A stretch of DNA of 64,000 bases. Origin: Octopus vulgaris. Lineage: Eukaryota. Below, piece after piece: positions 38,011 through 51,684 of this stretch. Location of the stretch: the NCBI GenBank assembly GCA_951406725.2, contig OX597825.1, positions 41,292,001-41,356,000 of the forward strand, given 5' to 3'. Numbering within the stretch: position 1 is the first letter of the stretch; every line of letters begins with the position of its first letter. The translations under genes were made by a program, and so were the position numbers. Under the pieces are notes generated by a model. It worked only from the letters and a program-made list of their open reading frames with translations. It was not told the origin of the DNA and did no database searches.

Positions 38011-38545
38011 GTGATTCTACTACATTTCCTTTGTATACATAGGTTACTTTGAGTACAACATATGAAGTTTATACCTATTTTTTCAGCATGTCAAACAAGA
38101 TCATTTCCCTGAAGATACCAGGTTCATTTCTTCTTTGCTGCTCACTAGAACTTTTGTCTTTCCCAGGTTTACCTCAAGATGTCTCACTTATATGTTTAGT
38201 TTACACATCTATGAGAACTACAATATCAGTATATAGGAGTTCGCATGGGCATCTAGTCTTAAAATCCTCTATGATGAATAAGAGGGGTGTGAGTACTTGA
38301 ACCTTTATGACCTCCAAACTTCACATTAAATTCATAACTTAAATCCCTTTTACGCTGAACACATAAGTGAAAGCAGGGTATTCTAATCACTCATCTGTGT
38401 CTGTGTGTTTGCAAAATTACTGGAAAACAGCTGAACAGATTTTCACCAAATTTGGCAGAAATACTCATTGGGTGAGTGGCACAAAATGGTGAAAATTTGA
38501 TCTGGTTATCTTCAGACATACATAAATACATGCATAGAAATGGTG

Positions 38546-38548
<3 letters not shown>

Positions 38549-38630
<82 letters not shown>

Positions 38631-38652
38631 TTGTGTGTGTGAGTGTGTGTGT
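38549..38652. repeat. (TG)n microsatellite
   Basis: Directly visible long TG run. Confidence 0.98.
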
Positions 38653-39149
38653 ACAGTGATAGATTTGAGGGATTTGTTTATATACAAGTTGATTTCTTAA
38701 TTTCACTGGGGTAAAAATAATAATTTTAAATCAAACTTACAAATTTCCTGATAAACAAATGATCATATTATTTATATCCCATAACGAACTACAGTATGTT
38801 TGATTCACTTGCCATCATTGAAAGACATTGGAAACACTCAAATTCTATGCAATATTTCTACAAGTATTTCATTTTGTTCACTTTCTTCTTCATAATCAGG
38901 ATTATTATTTGAATAATCATTTATTTACTCATATGCAAATTATATGTTGAACTTTCCAAAATCCCACTAAAATAACATTCAAATTTCTTTCCCAACTTAT
39001 ACTTTAACATTTTCCCAAAAACCAATTGAAATATAAGTAGTTTCTTCAATGTGCATGGTTCTTCACTGGAAATGAAAAATAAAGCTATCTTTTAATTTAT
39101 CTGCCCGCAAGGTATGCACCACCTGTCCAATGCCTTTTTTTCCATCACT

Positions 39150-39860
39150 TGAAATTTACTTACTGCATCTTCCTACATGTACATCCCTTGAAATTCATTT
39201 GTCTACAACTAAATTCTTCAATGACCATCAAATTATTGGGTGTGATGCACTGTTAAATGCTTTCTCCCAATAAACAAAAGCCATGAATAATGGTTTAGTC
39301 TTAACTAGAAAAATTGCATCTTATGTGACTTTTCTGGAGACAAAGCCAAACTGCATCTCATCTAGGTCTCCTCTATTATGGATTAATTGTGCTATGACTC
39401 TCTTCATGATCTCCATAACCTGATCTAGTAGATTATTTCCCCTATAGTCTTATCTCTCTTCTACATCACCTTTCCTTTTGTAGAAGTTTACAATGATATA
39501 GCTATGCCAGTCATTGGGTTTGAAACCTTCATGTATGACTTGATTAATTATTCAAGAAGTGATTGCATGTCCTACCACACCAGATATTTTAGGAATCTCT
39601 GCAACTATCCTTGATGTGGCTATCTCTCTTTTCATGCCCTTGATATCGCTATCTACCATGCTGTTGTAACCTTCAGTTTTTGATCCCTTGGTAGGGTCAG
39701 CAAGAAGCAGCCCCTCCTTTATCCCATATATTCTCCTTGTTCAGCAGCATTTCATAATAGCAGTTCTATACTATATTTTTGTCTTCTATAGTTATGGCCT
39801 TCATCATCCTAAATAGTCTTCTCACAAATAATATCTCAGTACTCACCCACACATTGTCTC
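39150..39860 (-). mobile_element. RTE LINE RT-region fragment, heavily decayed
   Basis: Minus strand DLDEMQFGFVSRK, preceded by DWHSYIIVNFYKKERDV..DYRG..LLDQVME. Confidence 0.75.
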
Positions 39861-39880
39861 ACTGGTTGTGTGGTAAGAAG

Positions 39881-42800
39881 TGTTATAATGTAGGAACAAA
39901 TAATGATGTTGTGCTCAGATAATGATTTTCTTAATGAATAAAAAAAATACTGCAATAATTCTAAAATAAAATGCAAAATGGTAAACTGTAATTTCAATTG
40001 TCTACGACGTAAATGAATAAGACAATACAGAAAAGTGCCCCAAGGTAAAAAAGAATAAATCCATAAAATGAGTCAATGTATAACAAATATAACCTGATAG
40101 AGTCAATAAGATGTCACCCGGTTGGTTGAACAGGTGTAAGCTAAATGATAAAGAATGTGGGAGTAGGAAAACACATGAGAGAATTGTGTCAAATGATTGG
40201 ATAATCAAAAATAGACAATTAAGAAACAATGTTTTGTGTCAAGACAACTGGAGTTGTCTTATCTCTCCTTTTATTCAACGATGAACAGTTGGTATATGAA
40301 TAAGTTTTATTTTGAGGGTTTACCTGCATGTGTTCTGCAAGCTTTCTATTTTGACTGAATTCTCTTAATTTTGATGATATGGTTTCTGAGTTTGAATATC
40401 TTAAGTTTTAGTATTTCCTTGATCTTGATTCATAAATAGTGGTATTGACTGCTTTCTCTTCCATCTTAGCTGATGAATATGTTGCATCAAGGTGAACGTT
40501 CCAAGTAATACTTTATACATGATGTTACTTCTCTGCTTTATCACCAAGCCATCTTGTCACTTGGGATGATCTGGTCTAATATCAAATACGTATACTAGAA
40601 TTTGTCTTTGAAACATTATTTCTAGAGATGACTTATTCACAGGCACGGCAGAATTTGGTATTATTTAGTAGTTCATTAAAAATAGTTGCAAATTTTCTTC
40701 TAACTTGCCACTCCCCTCAGTTTGGATAATGAATGCTTAAAGATATCCATGGATCTCTCTACTAATCCAATCCATTGGATTGAGGATGATATGGAAGAGT
40801 TCTTAAATGATCCATGGCATTTTTCTTAGAAAATGTTGTGAATTGTGGCCTCTTATCCAACACTAAAACTTCTGGTGACCAAAATATTTGAAAAAGCTTG
40901 ATATAGCTTTTGTATTGTGGAAAAAATTGTTGTTTGATATATAATGAAAACCTCTGACCATTAAAAAATGCATTGACCATGATCAAAAAGTAGTTACTAT
41001 TATGAGGTCCCACAAAATCTATGTGTAGTCTATACCATGGTATTTTCAGAACTGACCAAGTAATTCTTACCTCAATCGATAATTTTGAGTCTTTTGCACA
41101 TTTTGAACATGCTTGCACAAGAGAATCAATATCTTTGCCAAGTCCTGACCAATAAATGTCATGTCTTGCTAAAGTCTTCATTCTTGAAGTTCCTGGATGA
41201 TGTGCAAGAAATTGTTTGAGTAGCAACTTTTTAAGGCTGTCTAAAATAACATGATTAGTCATCATTAAACAATCATCAACAACTGAAAGATAATCATGTT
41301 TCAAGTAGAATAGTTACATATCTTCATTGCAGATTTTTTTCTGGACAGCTATACCTATGGTATTTAAAAACTTCTTGTAGAACTAGTTCATTTCATGCTT
41401 CTTGTTTCACTAGCTCTAAAGTAACAGGTAAAAATTTGATTAAATCCATTAGCACTTGGTGGATCTCAGTTTCAATTTGTATGAGCCATTGCGATGTTTT
41501 CGGTCATTGCTGAGTATTCTAGATTTTGAACCAAATATTTTCAAGAGTGGTTTATGTTCAATATGAAGAGCAAATGTTTTACCCTATATCATGCAAGAAA
41601 GATTTTTCACTGCATAAACAAGTGCCAATGCTTTCTTTTCTAATTGTAAATATTTCCTTTCAACTTTTGGTAGACTTTTAGAAGCAGCGCTTAACTGGCT
41701 TATATGACCCATCAACCATTTTATGCAAGAATACTGCTCCTATTCTGTAATCTGATGCATCTGCAGCAATAATATGCTCTTTTGCTGGGATTAAAATGTG
41801 TCGATATCAGATTGGAAGAAAGTATTTCTTTGAATTTCTTGAATGATTCTTGACATTGTGGAAACCAGTCCCATTTTACATTGCTAACAAGTAATGAGTT
41901 TAGTGAACTTCTTATTAGATGCATTTTAGGCAAAAATGAGCTGTAATAACTAAACATTTGTAAAAAAAAAAAATGTAGTTTAGATATCTCTGTGCTTGAT
42001 AATTGCTGTTTTTTAGCAGGATCTGGAAAACGTCCATGACAAAACGGCCATGAGGATGAAAAAGTTGACATTTTTCTGGTTTTAGATGAAAACCATATTC
42101 CTTAATTCATTTAAAGAGATTCTTTGAGTATTCTTTATGTTCAACTTGTATGCAAAGATGCATGACAAATCTGCAAGTATGATATGCTGTTGAAAAGTCC
42201 CTGGAGCAGACTTTATCCCAAATGGTAATCTGTTTTATTGGTACATTCTATGATGAGTATTTATTGCTAATAGTTCTTTTGTTGAATTGTCTACAGCTAT
42301 TTGTAAATATGCTTCTAAGTCAATCTTGGAAAACTATTTCCCCCATTTAGTCATGCAAATAAATCATCAGAAATAGGTAGTGGATAGCAATGTAGTGAGA
42401 AATCATCACATATAAGTATAGAGCCATTTGCTTTTTTTTTTCTATAACAATGGGTGTTGCCCATGATGAATAATACACTTTTGAGAATACATTCAAATTT
42501 TCTAATTTATCCAGCTCATCTTCAGCTAGTGATAATGATACATAAGTGATTGAGTGCTTCAGCTTGTAAACAGGGTTGGCATTGGGTTAAAAATACAAAG
42601 ATGCAGTATATTGTTTGCATAATCCTAAGTCCACTTCCAAATAATCTTAAATTCTTGCTGAATCTCTGATATGGAAAGTGTATGAAACATGTTCAACATC
42701 AACAATGCCAGTCCTATTTAAAAGGGTGTGCATTACTTTATGTAGTGGTATATTCTATAACCTAAGTTTCTCAATCTAGGATATCCAAGTAAAGATTCTT

Positions 42801-44392
42801 AGTAATGTAGCAAAATCCCAAATGAATGGATGTTGAGTGTTTGACTGAATAAAAACATTTTACCGCTAATAACCGATGGTTGGCTGGAAACATTTTTGGC
42901 TTTTTGTTCAGTTGATAGATGGTTAGTTTACTGATTTTGTTACATGTTTCTTCAGAAATGATGGTAATATCCAATGCAATTTCAAGTTGTAAGCATATAT
43001 CATATCCATCTATCTGCACAGTAATATATACCTCCTTTTTGAAATGATTTCATCTTTACATGTTGTGTAGACCCCATTTAAGCTTATACTTTCTGTAGTC
43101 GAATCAGATTCAATGACTTCTATTGTGTGGAATGACCAAAACAGTAGCAATAGTAATTTTTATGCCCATAATTGTGACAAATGAGTAATTTTTTTTCCTG
43201 TAAGGACAATAATTTGCATGGTGCCACTCACCACAGTTCCATCACACTGTTTGAAGGTATCACTGAGTTCTTATTGATGCATACAGTGATTTAGAATTCT
43301 GGGAACCCCAGCTTTGTTTCTTTGCGATAAGTGCATTAGTGGTTGAAACTGTTTCATTTCCTGCAGAATTTTGTATCACTTGAGTATCATGCTTGATGTT
43401 AACTAGTCATTGACATTCACTTGTTAATTGTTGCAAGGTAATGTGGTCTGATGTGTCCAGGACATGAATTCTTATATACCTTGGTGATATCAGGCCAAAT
43501 TTGACTCTTAAAATGGTCATCGGTCAATGTTAGTATTAAAATTTGTGTACTTTTTGTTTATATGCCCAGCATATGCAAAAAAATCTTCTTTAGAGAGTTC
43601 TCATTTCAAACATTTACATCTGATGTTAAGCGATGAAGATGTCTCACCAAACATGTTTCTAAGTAGGTCCATTTTAAAGTCAAATTCAATAGAATGTTTG
43701 CGTAATACAAAGTTAAAGTACTTGTATTCAATACTGCTAAAAATTTCACAATAGTAGTCTTACTTAACTTAAATCACCTTGTTCTGATGCTTCAGTGACA
43801 AAAAAGATGCAGAAGTTAGTTTGTTTTGTCCGTCATATTTAAAGGTAGGAAGCTTGTCATAAACTTTTGAAATAATGCAGCTGTGATTGATGTAGTTTCA
43901 TTTGACAGCATAAGCTTGAAAGCTAAAGCTGTTGAAATATCTAGTTCCTGCTTGTCATGTTTTTGCATTTCTAAGGACTCTTGTTGAATGCAAAACAAGT
44001 TAATGAGATCTACAATATTTTCCGTTTTTCACTCAACACCAATTAATATTATAATGTAGGAATAACTAATGATATTGTGCTCAGATAATGATTTTACTAA
44101 TGAATGAAAAATATTGCAATGATTCAAAAGTGAAATGTTAAATGGTAAACTGTATTTCTAATTGTCTGTACTAAAAACAAGTGCCTTGAGGTGTAAAAGA
44201 ATACATTCATAAAATGAGTCAATGTATATAAAATATTACCTGATAGAGACAATTAGGTGTCACTTGATTGGATTAATAGGTGTAAGCTAAATGATAAACA
44301 ATGTGGAAGGAGGAAATTGTCACATGACGGGATGAATAAAAATAGACAATTAATAAACAATGTCTTGTGTCAAGACAACTGGGGTTGTCCCA
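39881..44392 (-). mobile_element. Full-length decayed Gypsy/Ty3 LTR retrotransposon (K02A2.6-like pol), inserted in a SINE head
   Basis: LTRs 39881-40261 and 44047-44392; TSD AGAAG / ATAAG; PPT AAAAGGAGAGA next to the 3' LTR; PBS-like TGGTGTTGAG next to the 5' LTR. Zinc knuckle at about 43150-43245; RT FSKIDL..YLQI..RLPFGIKSAPGTFQ at about 42190-42330; RNase H DASDY; integrase ORF 40762-41304 (HPG..MK.LAR..YW, PWYRLHIDF, PYHPQSNG). Confidence 0.93.
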
Positions 44393-44397
44393 ATAAG

Positions 44398-44755
44398 TTT
44401 GCTTCCCAACCATATGGTTCCTGGTTCAGTCCCAATGCATAGCACCTAGGGCAAGTGTCTTCTGCTATAGCGTTGGGCCGACCAAAGCCTTCTGAGTGGA
44501 TTTGGCAAATGGAAACTGAAAAAATTCGTTATATACATATGTCTGTGTGTCTTTTTGTCAGTGTTTGTCCCTCATCACTACGTGACAACTAGTGTTGGTG
44601 TGTTTACATCTCCATCATTTAGCAGTTTGGCAAACGAGCTGATAGAAGTACCAAGTTTGCAAAAATAAAAGTAAGTACCATGGTTTGATTTGTTTCGCTA
44701 AAATCCTTCAAGGCAGTGCCTCGGCATGGCTGCAGTCTAATGAAGGAAACAAGTA
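44398..44755 (+). mobile_element. Family A SINE remainder (head begins at 39862-39880 before the Gypsy)
   Basis: GGTTGTGTGGTAAGAAG joined to TTTGCTTCCCAACCATATGG rebuilds the family head. Confidence 0.88.
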
Positions 44756-45184
44756 ATGCCTTCTGATAGTATATACTTTCAACTTGATACCTACTATGGA
44801 ATTTAACCTACATACTTAGTCTTGCATTCAACCTTTTTTAATGCATGCTCCTTTACACCCTTTACACCTGTAATTCCTGCACCATTCTCATCATTTCCTG
44901 AAACTCACCATGAACAGAAATTCTCACTGGTAGAGTAGTCATGCAGCAGGAATATTTAGCAATTGAAACTGGATAACTATATCTAATGTGAAAAAAACCC
45001 CCCAAAAAATTAAGAATATGATCTCAATTTGCTGGAGTATTATTAGCATTATCAAAATATTTAACAATTCAAGACATTTATGTGGAACCGGATCAAACAA
45101 CAATTATACCAGTGGTGCACTTTTTCAGAGCAAGAGCACTATTATAGCCACTACTAACAGATGGTGGATGGCAAACATGAGACA

Positions 45185-46308
45185 TGTTTTTGTTTTTATG
45201 TTTTCATTTCTTATTGTGTTAAACGTTTTTTTTTTATGTCCTGTACCCATATATGCATGTATATATACATATATATGTAGGTAGGTACATATATGTATGT
45301 ATATATGCACATATTTATATATTATTTATATTATTATATGATCGAACGCCACACATCCTTTTCCAAGTAAGTTTTATCTTAATAATTATGATGCACACTC
45401 TCCTTCTTTACCATCTCTTCTCTGTCTATCTCTCTCCCTCTCTAATTCTTCATCCCTTCTGGTTTTCTCTCCCACATCTCCCTATTCTTCTCCTCTCCCC
45501 TTCACCGTTCCCTCTCTCTTACTCCTCCTCCTCGACTCTCGTTGCTGACACGTGATCAGAGGGAAGTCATCTTTCCAACTGCTATCTTCACAAAGCCCAG
45601 ACCAGCTTATCCTGTCTCTTCATAAGCTGTCTCCTTAAGCGTTCAGAATAATTTTTCCATCGTTTTGGCTTAACAACCTCATCGTTTGTTTTTACTGTCT
45701 TGTTCTCATTGTTCAGTCTTTTACTACTTTTACTTTTATATTGTTTTTACTGTTTTGTTTCTACTTTCCTGTTCTTGTTACCACTTTCACCCTCCACAAA
45801 AAATTCCAAATGTTATATAATTTACTTTGCGGGAAGGACTGTTTCAACGAAGTCACATCTTGTCCTTACCTTTGAAATGCGGAGTAGATGAAACAGGGAC
45901 AACTGAAGAAGGAGAATATTCCTTGTGTTGTAGGTCTTGTTTCTCTGTTTTTTTACATTGTTTGAAAAAAAGTTCATTTCTATGTTTTCTTTTTATGTTT
46001 GCATTTCTCATTGTATTCAACGTTTTTTGATGTCCCATACCCATATATGCATGTATATATATACATATATATGTTGGTATGTACATGTATGTCACTCTTT
46101 TCACTCTTTTATTTGTTTCAGTCATTTGACTGCGGCCATGCTGGAGCACCGCCTTTAGTCGAGCAAATCGACCCCGGAACTTATTCTTTGTAAGCCCAGT
46201 ACTTATTCTATCGGTCTCTTATGCCGAACCGATATATGCATATATTTATATATTATTTATATTATTATATGATCGAACACCACTTGTTCTTTTCCAAGTA
46301 AGTTTTAT
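45185..46308 (+). repeat. Element bounded by about 200-bp direct repeats (pseudo-LTR-like); second copy interrupted by a SINE tail
   Basis: 45185-45378 matches 45981-46091 plus 46232-46308; both end TATGATCGAAC.CCAC....CTTTTCCAAGTAAGTTTTATC-like. A minus-strand family A tail sits at 46093-46231. Confidence 0.75.
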
Positions 46309-46333
46309 CAATCTATCTATCTATATATATATA

Positions 46334-46398
<65 letters not shown>

Positions 46399-46502
46399 GC
46401 ACAAATACATATACATACATGTATATACCTACATCATTTATTTAAAATAATACATTTACTATGGATTTTCAGCAGGAGTTAGTAGCACCATGTGTATATG
46501 TA

Positions 46503-47456
46503 TGCGCTTCCTCGACTTTGTTTCCTCATAACTTTCAGGAAAATGGATACTTTTTAATTTTCTACAAATATTCTTCCAATAATATTGATTCTGATTACAT
46601 CAGAATTTGGGCAGAATTCTGCTTTATGCACGGTATATAACACCCACCCCCATAATTTTCTTATCTTTCAGAATTTTCAGAAAATTTTGTGAATTTATCT
46701 TCTACATATGAGAATTCATATGGCTATGCAAAAACCAAAAATGAAATTTCTTGAGGTGTGATTTAAGAGGTATTTAGCTATTATTTTTAGCATACTCCAA
46801 AACCACCTCCAACTGTCTTCATTTGTTTGTCACTCTGACGTATTGATGTTTTCCAATAGCTTTTTCACCATAAACATATTTAATGGTCCATTGATGGGAT
46901 TTAAACAAAAATATTCCAGAGTATCCATACTTTAAACTATGATTTTTAAAACGATTCAAAAAATTTTTTTTAAAGTTTTTTGCATAGTCATATGAATTCC
47001 CATGGGAAGAATACAAATTCACAAAAAAAATTTCTGAAAACTCCAAAACATAGGAAAGTTATGAGGGGTTATATACCCTGTGAAAATTAGAACTCCACTA
47101 GAAGTTGTTTTGAAATAAATTTTTTGAAGAAAAGTCTGTATCAGTATGTATGTGTGCTTGTTCACTATTTTTTCATATTAAACTCGAGCATATTCGTAAT
47201 CTGCCAACTCTGAAAGGTATTAGTGAAAATTTTCATTTAAAAATACTTATTTTTCAGAAAGTTATGAGGAAACAGCATGAAATTTCTGAAATTTCTCACC
47301 CCACTTTGCCAATTTTTTTTTTTTTTATTGTTATAACAAATTCAGATATGAATGGAACCTAGGCCAGCTGAAACATACTTGATATTTGTAGAACATTTTA
47401 TTTAAAAAATGGTCATTCATTTGGAAGTTATAAAAGAACAAGGTTAGTGGGACACA
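46503..47456. mobile_element. Foldback/MITE-like DNA element with long internal inverted repeats
   Basis: 46520-46740 is inverted relative to 46975-47275 (GAATTCATATGGCTATGCAAAAA / TTTTTGCATAGTCATATGAATTC; TTTCCTCATAACTTTC / GAAAGTTATGAGGAAA). A further terminal unit lies at 47400-47456. Confidence 0.7.
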
Positions 47457-49021
47457 TTTGTGTATGTATTCGCATTGCTTTAACATATGTAGTATTAAAA
47501 TTCCATAGCTATTCTCTATTTACATATCAGATTGCTTTGCTTCACTTTCATTTTGCATGTTGCAATATTTGATTATTTAACTGCATACTATTTATAAATA
47601 AAGTATATTCTTCAGTTAGCTTCAAAAGGGTGACGCTACTGTGAATGAAATGGGCTCGATTTTTCACTTCACATAAAATAAATGTAAATAGGATAACAGT
47701 ATTTACAATGGCATTGTGTTTAGTAACGAATACTAACTGTATTAAAAATGCATTGTAGTATGTATACACACACACACACACACACACACACAATATTTAT
47801 TGGCAGTAATTAGGTGGTAAATTTTCATTGCTTTATAAACACATAACCTCTTTGCATTTCATTTTATAGCCCAACTTTTTCCATTATTGATGATAGAGCT
47901 TCGTTTATGTTGCATGTCTTGCCAGAATTTTTTCCACATACATACCATATGTATACTTACACATATACACAATAGAATTTATGATACAATGATATCAATC
48001 CAATGTAAACATGCTATCTTAAAATTAGCGTGTTTGCACGAGTATATATATATATATATATCAAGAGAGAGAGAGAGAGAGAGAAGGAGAGGGACATACA
48101 TATATATTCTTCATTTTTCTATATTATAAAAAAATTAAGAATATTCAATACACCAAAGAACTGTAACAGGCATTTATATAGCATATCATTTAGAAAAATA
48201 ATTGTTATGCAGTTTATGCAAATTACTAAAGGATTTAGAAAAGATGTTCACAAAAATTTATTACTAAAATGTTGAGGACTGCAATGACAATGGTGGTGAC
48301 AATGCTTGTGACTATTGCTTAAAAGATAAGCTATTATAATGTGATAACTTTAATGCCTGCTAGGGACACTGTTTTCTTCACACCTATATCACAGCCTTTA
48401 AGTTACATTATGGAAGAAACATATTTTACCAGTTCTGCATAACAGATGTGATATTAAAACATCTAAAAAACAATATTGCTGCAGTAACAAAAAAATCCCT
48501 TCAATGCTTTCTCTAGTGATTTCTATGAAATAACAAAATTTTCAGAAACTAGCCCCATATTAACTTAGGAATAAAACCCATAGGCACCTTAAACTTTATG
48601 CAATTCATTTTATTCCCTTTAGAATATTCTCACACTCATAAAAAAATAAATCACTGAAGAATTAAAGGCATATTCAGAATGACCAAAATAAAATATAAAA
48701 ATTATCATGCCTTCCAGCTACCCAGCCAGTATATTCATATTCTTTCTTTTGGCTTACTGACCTTTGTATCATTAAAAAATATTGTCTCCTTCCCCTTAAT
48801 TAGATAACAATAATAATGCATGCACATTGCTCACTGCATTAACATCATATTTATTTTCTTCTTCATTTCAACACATATATCTCTAATTAGTGACATAATT
48901 CAGAAATATTTTACATGAATTGGCTTTCTCTGGAGGCTTTCAAAAGAGCCATTAAGCTGTCTTTCCTTTGAAAGGAGGAAAATTCCAATTAGAGCAAGTA
49001 TATGAAGAAGAAAATTTATGG

Positions 49022-49057
<36 letters not shown>

Positions 49058-49101
49058 ATGTATATATATATATATATAAATATATATACACACATGTATA
49101 C

Positions 49102-49144
<43 letters not shown>

Positions 49145-49299
49145 GATATGTATACATATATCATATATGTATGTATATATATGTATTGCATACATACATA
49201 TATATGTGTGTGTGTATGTGTCTATATATATATACGATATATCACATATTGAAGAGTACTGGAAAATGTTCTAAGATCACAGAGAGAAAAAGCGATATC

Positions 49300-50130
49300 T
49301 ATATGTTAGTAAGTGCAATTAATGATATAAAATCAGGGAAAGCTGTGGACCATTAGAAATAGTCATTGAGATGGTGAAATATCCTGTGCAGGAGTATACA
49401 TGCATGTTATTTCATAGTCAATCAGGTAGTACAGGAAGGCGTTTTAACCAATGACTGGCATAGCATAGCATTAAACTAATGAACTAGGTTGTGAAAGTAA
49501 GAGTTATAGCACAGCTTGATTAGGAAATGTTATAGCTTATATCCGATGCAGTTTGAACTTGTGCCAATATAGGCAAGCAGTGAGGCTCTCTTCCTCATGT
49601 GACAAATACAGAAGAAAATTATGACTAAGTGAAGCATTATATATTTGTCATTTGTTAATGTGAAGAAGACCTAGATGTAAAGAAATGGCTTATTAGAACT
49701 GTGGGAACCATGAACAAATAAGCCATCAACAAGTTAAAAGTTGCTAAAGTGTTTGTGAAGAATTTAGCATAAAGATAGGGTATCTATCGGAGCTTGCTTT
49801 ACAGGCTTCATTTTATAGTTTTCCAGTTTATTACAAGGGAGCTTAAAAACAGAACATCTGTATTTTAAAGGCTTAGTTCTATGTAAAATAGGAAGATCTA
49901 GAGATGAAATTCCAATCATGGGGGCAATAATTTGAATTGAAGCACCTCAAAAGCAGAATAGTTTTCAACTAGAAATATACTGACATTATAAAAGTAACCA
50001 GTACTTGATATGCAAAAAAAAAAGTCAGTAAGTAAGAATTCGATACTGTGCACACATTGTGAATTGTATGTGCACAAGGAGTGTAGTGGTATCACAGGTA
50101 ATCTGACAAACAAATTGACATTAAAGGAAA
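49300..50130 (+). mobile_element. RTE LINE fragment, heavily decayed
   Basis: AINDIKSGKA, PMQFELVP and a Cys-rich NSILCTHCELYVHKECSGITG segment. Confidence 0.65.
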
Positions 50131-50648
50131 AACAATCTTCTTTTTCTGAAGATAAGAGAAAGCCTGCAGGTATGTATTTCTGCCTCAGTAGACAACATAA
50201 AGACATTAGCTGTCCAAACTTGGTTCTAAATATATACGTGTGTGTGTGTGTATTATTTTGTGATTGTATGTGTCTTACTCTTAAAATATAAGTAAAATTA
50301 ATGAAGCACAGTCAACAGGTAGACATACAGGACATGACACAAACAAGATTAGTAGCTGCTGACTTAAGGCCAAGGCAATTCCAGCACGTTAAACAACCAA
50401 GTTTCACACTTGCCCCAAGATAGGACAACAAGTACACAAAGCTACATGAAAGAATAACTTTTCAAGCGAAGATGAACTTATGGAGGATATTAAAGAGGGA
50501 GATGCCTTGACAAGAAGAAGAAGAAAAATAGTAAAGTAGATATCTGGACGTTAGCCTTCAATGAAAGAGAAAAACAGGATGGGTAACAAAGTGACCTGCA
50601 GCAGGTCAAAAGGGAAAAGCAGAATGAATCAGGCCAAGCAGTGGAATA

Positions 50649-51684
50649 CAGTGTGTCTCAAAAGTGAGTAATGGGTTTCAATTTTTAATAACTTCCTTAA
50701 CTTTACAAATGAATGTATGAAATTTTGATACAGTATAAAGAACATAATGAAAATTAATAAGCACAAGTCAAATTTTGCAGCACTACTACATCACATATGA
50801 CAAATGACGTTGCTTAAATGGTAGCTATTTTCGGCTTTGCATGCCCATGCTCTTTCCAAAACTTGCATCATAACACCCTCAAGAGCTTCAGACCTCATTT
50901 CTCTGATTTCTCTATTGATTTTCTTCTTTAGTTGCACCAGGGTCTCCAGCTTGTTGCTGTAAATCCTCTCTTTCAGGTATCCCCACAAGAAAAAGTCTAG
51001 TCAAGTCAAGTCTGGGGAACATGAAGTCCAGTTGACATTGTCATAGCGGGAGATTATTCTCTCTCCAAAGCACTGCCATGGCAACAGCATTGTTTCTCTT
51101 GTGGTATGAGCAGTTGCCCCATCTTGCAGGTACCATGTGTGAGGTCTACTTTGAATGGCCTGGCACAAAAAGGTCTCGATCATGGATACTTGAAAAAGAG
51201 GGTTTATGTCAACAAACCGGAGACACTGGTGCAACTGTAGGATTACATTAATAGAGAAATCAAAGAAGTGGGGTCTGAAGCTCTTGAGGGTGTTATGGTG
51301 CAAGTTTTGGAAAGAGCACAGATGTGCAAAGCCGAAAATGGCTGCCATTTAAGCGATGTCAATTTTCATATATGATGTAGGGGTGTTGCAAAATTTGACT
51401 CATGCATATTGATTTTTATTATTTCCTTTATACTTGTTGTGGCGGATGCCCCCCAGGCAAGAAGTGGGCTGACACAGTCAGTACGGTGGGTCGGTGAAGG
51501 TACGCCATTTGGACCAGTCCTGTAGAGACAGCAAAATACATCATCATCATAGGATATACATTTGGCAACGAAGGTTCAGACAATATCACCACTGAGACAG
51601 TGCGTCAAATTTCATGCATTTGTCAATAAAGTTAGGGAAGTTATTAAAAATTGAAACCCATCAGTGACTTTTGGGATAACTTGC
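50649..51684 (-). mobile_element. DD41D/rosa-type Tc1/mariner derivative with about 330-bp inverted arms that include the transposase 3' end
   Basis: WYLQDGATAHTT..RIISRYDNVNWTSCSPDLT*LDFFLWGYLKERIY on the minus strand; 50649-50980 is inverted at 51184-51684. Confidence 0.88.
51435..51599. mobile_element. 165-bp TG..CA insertion (candidate solo LTR)
   Basis: Absent from the matching left arm; starts TGTTGTGG and ends GAGACA; GC-richer; no clean TSD. Confidence 0.45.

Noticed and set aside
38350-38520. Helentron- or Crypton-like 5' fragment (TGTCTGTGTGTTTGC..GATTTTCACCAAATTTGGC)
   Set aside because: Probably a repeat, but there is no matching 3' end and the class is ambiguous.
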